Source: a virus. Taken from it: a DNA stretch of 60,871 nucleotides. Every line of letters starts with the position of its first letter. The first letter of the stretch is position 1. The DNA lies in IMG/VR virus record IMGVR_UViG_3300020138_000001, positions 1 through 60,871 of that record; one strand, given 5' to 3'. A model generated the notes under the pieces. That model made no database searches. It was not told the DNA's origin and saw only the letters and a program-made list of their open reading frames with translations. Positions 1-9,703 of this stretch are shown here, in pieces. A program made the translations under genes and the position numbers.

Positions 1-127
1 GGGAGAGTGTCCGCGCCTGGGCGACGCTTCCAGACGACACGCTTGTAGTCCGTTTCTGGCGTCCCCATCCCCGGTGGGGGTGGAAAGCAACGTCACGCGC
101 TGCGTACGCACTCAGCGCGATGAAAGA
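1..127. repeat. Terminal direct repeat copy A, identical to 60745..60871 (circular closure overlap)
   Basis: The first 127 nt (gggagagtgtccgcgcc...gcgatgaaaga) recur exactly at the end of the window. Confidence 0.95.
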
Positions 128-1010
128 GCTGGATCTCATCAATCGCCGGATCATAGCGGAGACCATCTCGCGCATGGCTGCAAACGGTGTGATCCTGTAT
201 GACAGAGGGAAACTGAGCTTCCCGGACCTACCTACGCCGGTCAGTGCTGAGTCGGTCGACCCGTTCGCACAGATTCTCGTTGATGTCGGATCAAAGGGCA
301 TTGCGGACCCCACGAGCGCACAAGCAGCGATCAAGATTCCGATCGGAGCTGATCTCGGAGACTCCGACATTCGGGTGTCCGACCTCATCGAAGTGATCGA
401 CTTCTCTAACCCGTTCTCTGAGCGAATGCTCGATCAACGTGCAGCGGCCGTGACCCGCCTGGCAACGGCGCTCGACATTCCAGCCGAACAGCTAACCGGA
501 CTCGGTAACATGAATCACTGGGGCGCGGCGCAAATCGAAGAGTCGGGCATCAAAGTGCACATCACGCCCGACATGGAGATGATCTGTCACGCCTTCACAG
601 AGGGTTACCTATACCCAACGCTAGAAGCAGAAGGCAGAGCGATCGTCGGACCGCAGGGTGGCCGTCCGGTCATTTGGTACGACCCTTCTGAGATTGTCAT
701 GCGTCCTGACCGGTCGAATGAGGCGATCGAAGCTTACGACCGGGGCGAGTTGACCGGAGCTGCGTTGTTGCGTGAACTGGGCTTCTCGGCTTCCGACCAG
801 CCTGACGAAGATGAGCTAGAGCGCATCATTGATCTGAAGCGTCGACTCAGCATCGTGAACGAGACGATCACCACGGAAGAGGAGTCGGGCGCTGTCGACA
901 TCGATAATCCCGATCTGACCGAAACGCAAGAGACCGAGATCAGCGATCAGGCTCCGGAAGATGTGTCCGCTCAAGCGCAGCAACTTCTGAGGAGTTCTAG
1001 CTATGGCTGA
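1..1010 (+). CDS. Portal protein, C-terminal part (5' partial in this linearisation; codon phase starts at nt 3)
   Basis: Same frame as 60300..60871. The TGA at 1008 overlaps the next gene's start by 8 nt. The call rests on position and size. Confidence 0.8.
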   Translation, partial: ESVRAWATLPDDTLVVRFWRPHPRWGWKATSRAAYALSAMKELDLINRRIIAETISRMAANGVILYDRGKLSFPDLPTPVSAESVDPFAQILVDVGSKGIADPTSAQAAIKIPIGADLGDSDIRVSDLIEVIDFSNPFSERMLDQRAAAVTRLATALDIPAEQLTGLGNMNHWGAAQIEESGIKVHITPDMEMICHAFTEGYLYPTLEAEGRAIVGPQGGRPVIWYDPSEIVMRPDRSNEAIEAYDRGELTGAALLRELGFSASDQPDEDELERIIDLKRRLSIVNETITTEEESGAVDIDNPDLTETQETEISDQAPEDVSAQAQQLLRSSSYG

Positions 1011-3384
1011 GATAGAACCGCAGTCGCTGGAAGAGCTGGAGAATGCTGTCACAGCATTTGAAGCGTTGGTGTCGTCCTGCCTTGCTGAAGTGATTGCCCA
1101 GGTCATCGAAGAGAGCGGCATTGATGATGCTGATCTATCGTCGCTTACTCCGGCCGACGTTGACAGGATCACTGCTCTGTGGGAAGCCTACGTGGTCGGG
1201 ACGCTGCTGCCGTTCCTTGCGTTGTCTATGTCTGCTGCTTCTGAGGAGACTGCACAGGCGCTCATATCCGTGATCGGAGATCAGCCGTTTCTGAATGAAC
1301 CGTTGGATACTCAGCGGTACATGGCGCAAGCACAGAATCGTCTTGTCGGCATCGGAAACGAGCTGTGGTTTCATGCACGAGCAGCGATCGCTGAAGGTCT
1401 CGCCGCCGGAGAATCGATTCCGGACATAGCTACCAGGGTACGGGCCGCCGCCGGGGTCACAGAGCCACGAGCACGGGTCATTGCACGGACCGAGAGCCAC
1501 GGCGCGAGGAACACTGTGAACGCCGCGAGCGTACGCCGCGCCGCAAGCGCTTTCGGGCGCTCTAACGCGTTCTCGCGACGATGGCAGGCCGCGAATGACG
1601 AACGCACTCGGGAGACGCATCGTGACGCGGATGGGCAAGTAGTCGGACTGAACGAACCTTTCACGGTCGGACGTGCTTCGCTCGATTTCCCCGGTGACCC
1701 TTCGGGGCCTCCGGAAGAGGTGATCAACTGCCGATGTACCACAATCACGATCATTGACACCGAAGCGCTCGATTTCGGAGCTTCTGTAAGCACGCTGTCA
1801 CTGAACGCCGCCGCATATCAAGAGGAAGATGAAGCCATGCCCTGGAGCATTGTAGAGGGTGATTCGCGCTGCAACGTTGGTGAGTTCGCAGTGGTCAAAG
1901 ACGATGACAACGAGCTTGAAGGCTGTCACGAAACGCGCGAAGGCGCGGAATCGCAGGTAGCAGCACTGAACGCCGCCGAAGCTGACGGCGGAGAATCATC
2001 GAACGAGCTTCCCGAGACCATGCGCAACACGGTCCCGTGGTCCGGCGTCCTGGTCGTTGAAGGCACACCTACGGGCGATGGTCGGCAGTTTGCGAGCGGA
2101 GCGCTTACGTGGCCGTCTCTGGGAGATACCGCTTCGCTAGAAATTCCTCTCGGGTGGATGTACGAGCGGTCCCACGGAGGGATGTCGACGGACAAGGTTG
2201 TGAACGTCGGGCGTATCGACACGATTACTCGTAAAGGGAATGAGCTGCACGGAACCGGTGTGCTCAACCTGGATACGGAATGGGGCCGCCGCGCTGCTGA
2301 GCAAATGGGTACGCGGAATGACCCCGGGTTCCTGGCGGGGGTATCGATCGATGCCGACGATCCGGAGGACCCGCGCGGCCTAGAGGTTGAATATGTCTTC
2401 CCGGACGAATGCGCGTTGAGCGATGACGGATTGCCCGATCTCGACGCCGCCTATGAAGATGGTGCCGGGATGGATATCCAGTGCATGATGCCGGAGCTGG
2501 AAATCTATCACTCGGGCAGGATTCGCGCCGCAACGCTCGTTGACATCCCTGCGTATGTCGAAGCGCGGTTGTACTTGGATGAGCCTGTTCCGGAGGGAAC
2601 GCCCGTTGAAGCGGAATCCGTGGACATGCCTGTAGTTGCTTCGAGCTTCACAATGGAGATCCCGGACCTTCCGCCGGTCGAATGGTTCGATGAGCCGAAA
2701 GAGGAGCCCGACATCGGTGCGATCACCGTTACCGATGAGGGCCGGTTCTTCGGCTACCTCGCACCGAAACACGTAGCGCACCGAGGCATCCGGGACAAGC
2801 GCGTCACGGTGCCTATGGGAAACGTGGACTACGGAATTTGGATGAACCGAGTCACGCTGGCAGACGACGGTAAAGGCGGGTTCTCCAGAGTGGCAACGGG
2901 ACCGGTCACGATGGACTGCGGGCATGCGTCGGCATCTCCTCGCGTGGTCGGCGCGGCGCGTCGAGAACACTACGACAATTCATGCTCTGTCGTGGCGACT
3001 GTTCGCGTGGGCGAGAATGCCCGGGGCGTGTGGATCGCTGGCGCAGTGCTGCCTGACGTGACCCCCGATCAAATCCGCCGGATGATGGCATGTCAGTTGT
3101 CGGGTGATTGGGGTCCGCACCGAGAGCGTCCGGGGAAGCGTGAACTTGCCGGAGCACTGCTGGTTCCGGTCCCTGGATTCCCGAAGCGTTCCGGGTCGTT
3201 CATGTCGATGCGTCAAGGACAGATCACCGGTGTGCGGGTACCGCTTCGGTTCGGGCGCGTCGTAAAAGAGGCTCCAAGACGGGCGTTCGGCGCTGACGCC
3301 GCTGCCGAACGCATTGCTGCGTCTATTGGACGCGATCGAGCATCACGAGTACACAGCTTCGCGTCTCAGCGCGTGAAGTCATAG
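1003..3384 (+). CDS. MuF-like head morphogenesis domain fused to a probable capsid maturation protease
   Basis: 793 aa. The N-terminal half carries SPP1 gp7/MuF-type motifs (ARTESHGARN, DERTRETHRDADGQ, VINCRCT). The large C-terminal domain sits where the prohead protease is expected. Confidence 0.75.
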   Translation: MAEIEPQSLEELENAVTAFEALVSSCLAEVIAQVIEESGIDDADLSSLTPADVDRITALWEAYVVGTLLPFLALSMSAASEETAQALISVIGDQPFLNEPLDTQRYMAQAQNRLVGIGNELWFHARAAIAEGLAAGESIPDIATRVRAAAGVTEPRARVIARTESHGARNTVNAASVRRAASAFGRSNAFSRRWQAANDERTRETHRDADGQVVGLNEPFTVGRASLDFPGDPSGPPEEVINCRCTTITIIDTEALDFGASVSTLSLNAAAYQEEDEAMPWSIVEGDSRCNVGEFAVVKDDDNELEGCHETREGAESQVAALNAAEADGGESSNELPETMRNTVPWSGVLVVEGTPTGDGRQFASGALTWPSLGDTASLEIPLGWMYERSHGGMSTDKVVNVGRIDTITRKGNELHGTGVLNLDTEWGRRAAEQMGTRNDPGFLAGVSIDADDPEDPRGLEVEYVFPDECALSDDGLPDLDAAYEDGAGMDIQCMMPELEIYHSGRIRAATLVDIPAYVEARLYLDEPVPEGTPVEAESVDMPVVASSFTMEIPDLPPVEWFDEPKEEPDIGAITVTDEGRFFGYLAPKHVAHRGIRDKRVTVPMGNVDYGIWMNRVTLADDGKGGFSRVATGPVTMDCGHASASPRVVGAARREHYDNSCSVVATVRVGENARGVWIAGAVLPDVTPDQIRRMMACQLSGDWGPHRERPGKRELAGALLVPVPGFPKRSGSFMSMRQGQITGVRVPLRFGRVVKEAPRRAFGADAAAERIAASIGRDRASRVHSFASQRVKS

Positions 3385-3399
3385 GGAGAGGTGAAGCAC

Positions 3400-3558
3400 G
3401 TGGGATGCAACTGCGGTAGCAAGAAAAAAGGGACGATCAATCACTTTTCAACCGAACAGCAAGCAGCTATCGCACGTCAACGTGGCGGAGTCGTGACCAC
3501 GGCTCGATCCCGACAGACGCCCGTTGCGCCTGCGAAGGCCGAAACAAATCAAGATTAG
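3400..3558 (+). CDS. Small hypothetical protein (52 aa, basic)
   Basis: GTG start after gggagaggtgaag; it fills the gap between the MuF and capsid genes. The ORF is below the track's length cutoff. Confidence 0.35.
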   Translation: MGCNCGSKKKGTINHFSTEQQAAIARQRGGVVTTARSRQTPVAPAKAETNQD

Positions 3559-3643
3559 TCCATCGATCCGGAGGTTTTCTCGAAAGAAAGCCTTCGAATC
3601 GATGTATGATCCGAGTATCTACTCGAATACACAGAGGGATGAC

Positions 3644-5452
3644 ATGCCGAAAAACAGTGGAGGCGGGTTCGACCTGCCAGACGACCCCAAGGAATTGAAC
3701 GCTCGACTGGCGGAGATGAACGACGCTGAGCTGTCGGAGCTGTTGACGAAGTTGGGCGACGCCTTCGATGACAAGTACGGCGACGGCACCGGGCTGACGG
3801 ATGAGGCGCTGACCGAGCTGGAATCTCTCGGGAATCAGATCAAGACTGCTCAGGAGGTTGCGGAAACGCGCGAAACGGAGCGTCAGGAACGTGATCGTCG
3901 TGCTGCCGAACTGCGAAATTCCGTACGTCCATCGGCCGATGCAGACGCGCAGGCGGCCGACGAGAATGCCGGAGACGATGAGCAGTCGGAGGTGCCCGAA
4001 AACGATCGGGAGCCCGTAGCAGCGGCGTCAGACGCTCCGCTTGTGGCAGCGATGCACGCCATGTCGGAGACGGCACAGACCATGCAGGCATTTGCTGCGG
4101 ACTACCTGAAACCAGGCACCGACCTGAACAAGCGCCTCCGTCTGGGAGAGATCGCCAAATACGCTCCAGACGCGGGCGTGCACGAAGAGCGCTCGGAAGC
4201 CGTACTCATCGCTTCCGCTGACGTCCCCGGGTTCACGCAGGGGGGTCGAGTTGAGAACATTCATGCGCTGGCAAAGGCCATGCACAACCGCGCTCGGATG
4301 CTACCGGTCTCGAAGACTGGAGACCCGAATATCTACCCTGTTGCGAGCCTGCAACGAGAGTTCAACTTCACGCTGAACGAGAACTCAACTCCGGAGGAAA
4401 TGAACGCCGTTCTCACCGCTGCGACGGACGTAGAAATTCTCACGGCCGCAGGAGGCTGGTGCGCCCCTTCGGAGATCTCATACGATTTTTTCAATATCGT
4501 ATGTGAAGACGGCATGATTGACCTTCCTTCGGTTGGACTCAACCGGGGCGGCGTGCAGTACCCGACTTCCCCGAGCTTCGGCGATCTCGTGTCGATTCCG
4601 GATATCGTCTGGGAGTGGACGGAGCAGGACGACATCGATGCGGCCGACTCGGACTCGGTATTCAAGCCGTGTGTTCGACTTGAGTGCCCCGAGTTTGTAG
4701 ATCGTCGCGCCGACTGCCACGGATTCTGCGTTACCGCCGGTAACCTAGTGGACTACGCTTATCCGGAGCTAGTAGCCAATTGGCTACGACTGGTGTTCGC
4801 TATTCGTGCCAAAGCCACGAATGCCGGAATCATCGATGTACTGATCAATGGCGGAGGGTCAGGAGACCCGATCACGCCATCGATCGCAGTCGACCACACC
4901 GGACTGCTTGGAGCCACCACATCGGCACTGCTTCAGTCCATCGAATTGAGCATTGTCGACTACCGAGAAAAGTTCTCGATGTGTTCCGACGCCATCATGG
5001 AGGTTGTACTTCCACGCTGGGCAAACGCGGTTGTACGTGCGGACCTGGCAAACCGCGAAGGCATCGACGTATTCGGCGTTACCAACGGCATGATTGCCGA
5101 TTGGTTCAACCTGCGCGGCGCTCGCGTGCAGTTCGTCGGAGACTGGCAGGTTCGCGAGACAGGAGCAGCCGGAACCGCGACGCCAGGTGGCGCGACGCCG
5201 CTGACCACGTGGCCCAACACGATGGATTACCTCGTGTTCGCGCCGGGGACGTTTGTTCGCGGCAACGGCATGTCACTCGACCTCGGTGTCACTCGCGACT
5301 CGGTTCTCAACTCCACGAACGACCACACGGCCGCATGGGCAGAAGACTGCTTTGCGATCCTCAAGCCGGGACATGAGTCCCGCGTGGTATCCGTGGCTCT
5401 GTGCCCATCGGGAGAGATCGGACAGCGTTCGCTCACCTGCGCTGAGGCGTAG
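3644..5452 (+). CDS. Major capsid protein with an acidic, coiled-coil, scaffold-like N-terminal domain
   Basis: ATG (MPKNSGGG) after agaggga; the upstream TTG extension is rejected. 602 aa. The N-terminal ~170 aa are Glu/Asp/Ala-rich, followed by an HK97-type body (AAGGWCAPSE). Confidence 0.7.
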   Translation: MPKNSGGGFDLPDDPKELNARLAEMNDAELSELLTKLGDAFDDKYGDGTGLTDEALTELESLGNQIKTAQEVAETRETERQERDRRAAELRNSVRPSADADAQAADENAGDDEQSEVPENDREPVAAASDAPLVAAMHAMSETAQTMQAFAADYLKPGTDLNKRLRLGEIAKYAPDAGVHEERSEAVLIASADVPGFTQGGRVENIHALAKAMHNRARMLPVSKTGDPNIYPVASLQREFNFTLNENSTPEEMNAVLTAATDVEILTAAGGWCAPSEISYDFFNIVCEDGMIDLPSVGLNRGGVQYPTSPSFGDLVSIPDIVWEWTEQDDIDAADSDSVFKPCVRLECPEFVDRRADCHGFCVTAGNLVDYAYPELVANWLRLVFAIRAKATNAGIIDVLINGGGSGDPITPSIAVDHTGLLGATTSALLQSIELSIVDYREKFSMCSDAIMEVVLPRWANAVVRADLANREGIDVFGVTNGMIADWFNLRGARVQFVGDWQVRETGAAGTATPGGATPLTTWPNTMDYLVFAPGTFVRGNGMSLDLGVTRDSVLNSTNDHTAAWAEDCFAILKPGHESRVVSVALCPSGEIGQRSLTCAEA

Positions 5453-5494
5453 GACGTTGGCGGCCATGAGAGCAATCGGGGGAGGTGAACGGTA

Positions 5495-6400
5495 GTGGCA
5501 CGAGGGAGATTGTTGATCGACAGCGGAACGCTGCCGTTCACCGCTCCGCAGTACGGTCTGCTGTCCGTAGCGACGCCGCTGGAACTTCCCGCAGGTGCGC
5601 ACTGGCGGATGGGGATCACGTGGGAGCCGCTATGTCCTGAAGCATCGGGCACTTACGACCCGTGCATAGCGCTCGTTGAAAACGCGGGAGTAATCGAGAC
5701 GGCCCCGCCGCCGACACCAAAGAGCGCAACGACCGAATGGGCTGTTCGCAGCGCTACAGCGTTCACCGCCTACTCCCGTATCGACTGCTCACCGGTGGGC
5801 CAGTGGGATCAGTTGTCGAGCATGAATCAGCAGGCGTTGCTTCGGTCCGAATCTCGTTTCGTGGAAACAGCGTTTTGGTCCGGAGTAGTGGACGGCGAAG
5901 GGGTCGTTTTTCCGCATCTTGCTGCCGGTACGGTGGTTGAAGACGGTAATACGCTGCTTCAGCCTGAAGCGACGATCATCACGGAGGCACCGCAGAACAT
6001 CGCTGTCGGCGTCGGGATGCTCGAAGACGCCATGCGAGACTGCTACCCAGGAGTAGCAACGATCCACTTGCCGATTCGATTGGCAGCACTAGCCGCAGCC
6101 GAAGGAATCGTGACCACGCGCTCCGGTCTCATGTATACCGAATCGATCGGATCAAAAGTCGTCGTAGGAGACTACCCAGGGACCGCGCCCGACGGCTCTG
6201 AGCCGGACCCGGGGGTGACGTGGGTGTACGCCACCGGAGAAGTCTTCTTCATCCGGGATCGAGAGCCGCGCATCATCGATGGTGTAGAGGCATTCGATCG
6301 CAACGTGAACACGGTTGAGGTACTGGCCGAACGCACTTACGTCATCGGTTGGGATTGCTGCCTGTTCGCGATCCCGATTTCGAACGGAGAACAACTCTAA
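5495..6400 (+). CDS. Virion structural protein, function unresolved
   Basis: 301 aa with a GTG start after gggggagg. It lies between the capsid gene and the terminator at 7096 and is coupled to the next gene by a TAATG overlap. Confidence 0.55.
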   Translation: MARGRLLIDSGTLPFTAPQYGLLSVATPLELPAGAHWRMGITWEPLCPEASGTYDPCIALVENAGVIETAPPPTPKSATTEWAVRSATAFTAYSRIDCSPVGQWDQLSSMNQQALLRSESRFVETAFWSGVVDGEGVVFPHLAAGTVVEDGNTLLQPEATIITEAPQNIAVGVGMLEDAMRDCYPGVATIHLPIRLAALAAAEGIVTTRSGLMYTESIGSKVVVGDYPGTAPDGSEPDPGVTWVYATGEVFFIRDREPRIIDGVEAFDRNVNTVEVLAERTYVIGWDCCLFAIPISNGEQL

Positions 6401-7062
6401 TGCCAGTATGTGCAGCGCCTATCAAGGCGGAGGTGGCTCGGTTCACGCTACTCGATCCGTGTGGCGCACCGATCTACGGAGACGGGTCGGCACAGGTAAC
6501 CACCGATTCGTTCACAGAAATTCAGAACTCGCCAAACTACGAAGCTGGAAACCGTTTCTTGCAGCGTAAGGCGAATGGTGATCCATGCGTCAACGAACAA
6601 GATCCCGGCTTTCTGAACTGGATTGAACAGACTGTCAATCTCTGCACGCTCGACGTTGACTTGATTGCGATGGTCACCGGAGAAGACCCGATCTCGTCTG
6701 CGTCTGATTTCATCGGCGTGCAGTTTGGTGAAGGACTGCTCAACGCTCGTTTTTCGAAGGAAGTCTGGCAGCCTGTGTCGGGACAGGGTGCCTGCGACCC
6801 GGAGGGTAATCAGCAGTGGATTTACTGGGCGTTCCCACACGAATACGACGCTCAGATTCAACAGTTCACGTTCGCAAACGACGTCTTCACGTTCTCCTAC
6901 ATGTCGAAGACTCGGCAGGCGAATCCCGCCTGGGACATCGGCAATCCTTGGCTTGCTGATACCCCTGTTTCGGCATGGGGCCCTGGCAAACACTACGCCT
7001 TCGCGATTACGACAACGCCGCCGCCCGAAGCAGGGTGTGGTGCCGTAGAGATCGGAAGCTAG
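6400..7062 (+). CDS. Abundant virion protein, candidate major tail (tube) protein; C-terminus ITTTPPPEAG
   Basis: ATG overlaps the upstream TAA (taatg). 220 aa. A strong terminator follows. No other major-tail-sized gene lies before the chaperones. Confidence 0.45.
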   Translation: MPVCAAPIKAEVARFTLLDPCGAPIYGDGSAQVTTDSFTEIQNSPNYEAGNRFLQRKANGDPCVNEQDPGFLNWIEQTVNLCTLDVDLIAMVTGEDPISSASDFIGVQFGEGLLNARFSKEVWQPVSGQGACDPEGNQQWIYWAFPHEYDAQIQQFTFANDVFTFSYMSKTRQANPAWDIGNPWLADTPVSAWGPGKHYAFAITTTPPPEAGCGAVEIGS

Positions 7063-7095
7063 TGCGGTATCATACATACAACTGACCCATTGGAA

Positions 7096-7127
7096 GCGCC
7101 CGTGACAACCGGTCACGGGCGTTTTCG
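7096..7127 (+). terminator. Rho-independent terminator after the capsid-region operon
   Basis: gcgcccgtgac-aaccg-gtcacgggc stem followed by gttttcgt. Confidence 0.75.
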
Positions 7128-7146
7128 TCAATGTAGATGAGGCAGA

Positions 7147-7812
7147 GTGAGCAGACCCGCTATTCCGAAGATCATGCATAAAATTTGGATCGGCAACCCG
7201 ATGCCGTCCCACCTTCAGGCGAACTGTCTCCGATGGCAGGAAATGCATCCGGACTGGCAGTTCAAGCTGTGGACAGAGCCGCAGATTGACGGCATGCATC
7301 TCCAGAACCGCGCGCTTTACGATCAAGCTGAGAAACTGGTCCCGAGAGACGCCGTCGAACAGTTCCGGGCCGACATCGTTCGGTACGAAGTGTTGCTGGA
7401 GCACGGTGGCATGTATTCCGACGTGGACACGTACCCTCTCCGAAGAATCGATCCGGCCCTTGAGGGTCACGATGAGTTCGCGGCGTACGAAGATCAACGA
7501 TGGATCGGAAACACCTACATCGGCGTCGTTCCGAACCACCCCATCATGCGCACACTCGTTTCGGACTTGCCCGCAAACGTGACAAGGCAGCGCGGAAGTC
7601 GTCCGAACAAGTTGAGCGGACCGCAGTACCTCACTCCGGTGTGGCGAAGGTTCGGCGGATACGTAGCCCCGCAACGTTCGTGGTATCCGTACTCGTACAC
7701 GGACGTCAAGCGCGGCACCGTGCCAGAAGTTTTCGACACGGCAGTTTACGCAGTGCACTCATGGGATCACACGAAGAGAGTCATGGCGGCGCGAGCGGAC
7801 AGGGAGCACTAG
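7147..7812 (+). CDS. Glycosyltransferase with a DXD sugar-binding region (Gly_transf_sug/GT32-like)
   Basis: IPKIMHKIWIG...RADIVRYEVLLEHGGMYSDVDTYPL is the typical N-terminal and DXD signature. Confidence 0.75.
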   Translation: MSRPAIPKIMHKIWIGNPMPSHLQANCLRWQEMHPDWQFKLWTEPQIDGMHLQNRALYDQAEKLVPRDAVEQFRADIVRYEVLLEHGGMYSDVDTYPLRRIDPALEGHDEFAAYEDQRWIGNTYIGVVPNHPIMRTLVSDLPANVTRQRGSRPNKLSGPQYLTPVWRRFGGYVAPQRSWYPYSYTDVKRGTVPEVFDTAVYAVHSWDHTKRVMAARADREH

Positions 7813-9092
7813 TGCTGAGCTTCGATGATCTTTCTAGTCTGGACGGATTGATCTCCAGAGGCGTTGGAGAGCTGTTGCACAACTACGCGGCATGCGTTCC
7901 AGCAGATCAAGCTATCGTAGAGCTGGGATCGTACCGTGGCAAATCCACGTGCTACCTTGCTACCGGTTCGAGTATCGGGCACCGGGCACCAGTGTTCGCC
8001 GTGGATGCCTGGTCTGAGGCTGTGTCGACGTGGCGCAACCGCGTCATGGACCGCCTTCCGTCTCCGGAGTTTGAAGATTTTCAGGCTCAAGTGGCACTCG
8101 CCGGGATGACGGAGATGGTCACTCCGATACAGTCGGATACGGTGAAGGCGTCTGCACAATGGAGCACGGTTGGCGGAAACCGCACAATCGGCCTACTCTA
8201 CATCGACGGCGATCATCATCATGAAGCCGTCATGGCAGATTTCCGAGCGTGGCGGCCATTTCTCGCAGACGATGCACTGATCGTGTTTGACGACTACGAC
8301 ACTCCGACGAATCCCGGAGTCCTGACCGCCGTGCGGCTACTCGAACAGCGGGATGAGATCAGGAATCTAGAAAAACATGAGGGTCGACTAGGTCTATGCA
8401 ACCCGGGGAAGCGACCGCTACGTCTTTCAGCGTCGATCATGGCGCACCCGACTCGGCGAGAATCTGCGGAGGAACTTCAATCGCAGCTTGATCGACCGGC
8501 CCCCATCATCTACGACCAGGAAGCAATTCCATCTGCGGACCCCCGACAGCGCTGGAAGGTTGGTGCTGAGTGCTGGGCGACGCACGAGGATCGTGCTGAT
8601 TGGCACGTAGTGATTCAGGACGACGCGGTGCCTTGCGCGGACATGCTTGCTGGGCTTGAGATGGGATTGAACGTTCTCGGTTCCGAAGGCTTCGTGTCCG
8701 CGTTCGTAGGTCGTGGGAAGCCGTCGCATCATCACGTACGCAAGGCCATTCGGCACGCCCTTGCGAAGGATCATGCCTGGATGTCGCTTCGCTCGCTTGC
8801 GTGGGGTGTAGCCATCGCTGCGCCTACGAGCACCATTCCGGATATGCTGGAATGGTGTTCTCATCCCGAGCGCGAAGATATGAACTACGATAAACGAATT
8901 GGAATCTACTACCGAGATGTTCTCCGCTGGAGAACTTGGCACCCGATTCCAAGTCTCGTAGAGCATCGCGCACTGCCCTCACTCGTTGGGCATGACAGCT
9001 CGGAGAGAGATTCTTTCATGCACTACGAAGGTTCAGCGCTCGACATCGATTGGAACCGAACGCCGCCTTCGGGACTGGCGGTAGGCTTGTGA
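7812..9092 (+). CDS. Class I SAM-dependent methyltransferase (Methyltransf_24-like) fused to a GT-A-like glycosyltransferase domain
   Basis: GTG overlaps the upstream TAG (tagtg). N-terminal LGSYRGKST...LLYIDGDHHHEAV...IVFDDY. The C-terminal domain (about 8424..9092) is a clear paralogue of 9685..10491. Confidence 0.7.
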   Translation: MLSFDDLSSLDGLISRGVGELLHNYAACVPADQAIVELGSYRGKSTCYLATGSSIGHRAPVFAVDAWSEAVSTWRNRVMDRLPSPEFEDFQAQVALAGMTEMVTPIQSDTVKASAQWSTVGGNRTIGLLYIDGDHHHEAVMADFRAWRPFLADDALIVFDDYDTPTNPGVLTAVRLLEQRDEIRNLEKHEGRLGLCNPGKRPLRLSASIMAHPTRRESAEELQSQLDRPAPIIYDQEAIPSADPRQRWKVGAECWATHEDRADWHVVIQDDAVPCADMLAGLEMGLNVLGSEGFVSAFVGRGKPSHHHVRKAIRHALAKDHAWMSLRSLAWGVAIAAPTSTIPDMLEWCSHPEREDMNYDKRIGIYYRDVLRWRTWHPIPSLVEHRALPSLVGHDSSERDSFMHYEGSALDIDWNRTPPSGLAVGL

Positions 9093-9703
9093 CAGAAGAC
9101 CCGTTCACCCCGAAACACTACTGGGAACAACGATATCGTCTCGGACGTACATCCGGCGCGGGATCTGAAGGCGCTGAAGGCAGGTACAAGGCGGCGTACC
9201 TTTCTGAATTCATTGCCGAGAACGACGTGCAGACTGTTGTCGATTGGGGCTGCGGCGATGGGCAAGTTCTCGATCAGGTAGATCTGCACGGCGCGCAGTA
9301 CATCGGGGTCGACATCTCGCCTACGATCATCGCGAAGATGCGCGACAAGTTTGCGCAGCTCGGATCTCGCTACCTGTTCCACACGGTCGACGCCTTTGAG
9401 ACCGGAACGCAGACACAGTTCGATCTTGCGCTCAGCTTCGACGTGCTTTTTCATTTCCCGGACGATACCGACTATCGCCAGTACCTGACGAATTTGTTCA
9501 GCAGCGCTAGCAAGTTCGTCATGATCTACTCCACGAACTACGATCTCGGTCGAACAGCGAAACACGTCTATCGACGCACATTCACGACCGACGTAGCTCT
9601 GTGGTTTCCCGAATGGTCATTGACCACGATAGAGATGCCACTACGAGAAGGCGCAGCGTCGTTCTTCGTTTACGAGAAGGTATTATGGCTACACTCTCAG
9701 TGA
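9089..9703 (+). CDS. Class I SAM-dependent methyltransferase
   Basis: GTGA start/stop overlap. HYWEQRY...VVDWGCGDGQVL...DLALSFDVLFH are Rossmann methyltransferase motifs I and post-I. Confidence 0.7.
   Translation: MTEDPFTPKHYWEQRYRLGRTSGAGSEGAEGRYKAAYLSEFIAENDVQTVVDWGCGDGQVLDQVDLHGAQYIGVDISPTIIAKMRDKFAQLGSRYLFHTVDAFETGTQTQFDLALSFDVLFHFPDDTDYRQYLTNLFSSASKFVMIYSTNYDLGRTAKHVYRRTFTTDVALWFPEWSLTTIEMPLREGAASFFVYEKVLWLHSQ

Noticed and set aside
1-127. The terminal repeats as LTR/IS-type mobile element ends or an integration (att) duplication
   Set aside because: The repeat lies inside the continuous portal reading frame, and no integrase or transposase is present. Circular closure is the simplest explanation.
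6448-7758. 436-aa minus-strand ORF across the structural and glycosyltransferase genes
   Set aside because: It is antisense to well-supported + strand genes (one with DXD glycosyltransferase motifs) and has an Arg/Val-rich low-complexity composition with no RBS. It is a typical GC-rich shadow ORF.
7500-7811. N-terminal extension of the methyltransferase ORF (track start 7500)
   Set aside because: It would overlap the DXD glycosyltransferase by 312 nt in another frame and is Arg/His-rich. A GTG at 7812 gives the usual 1-nt overlap.
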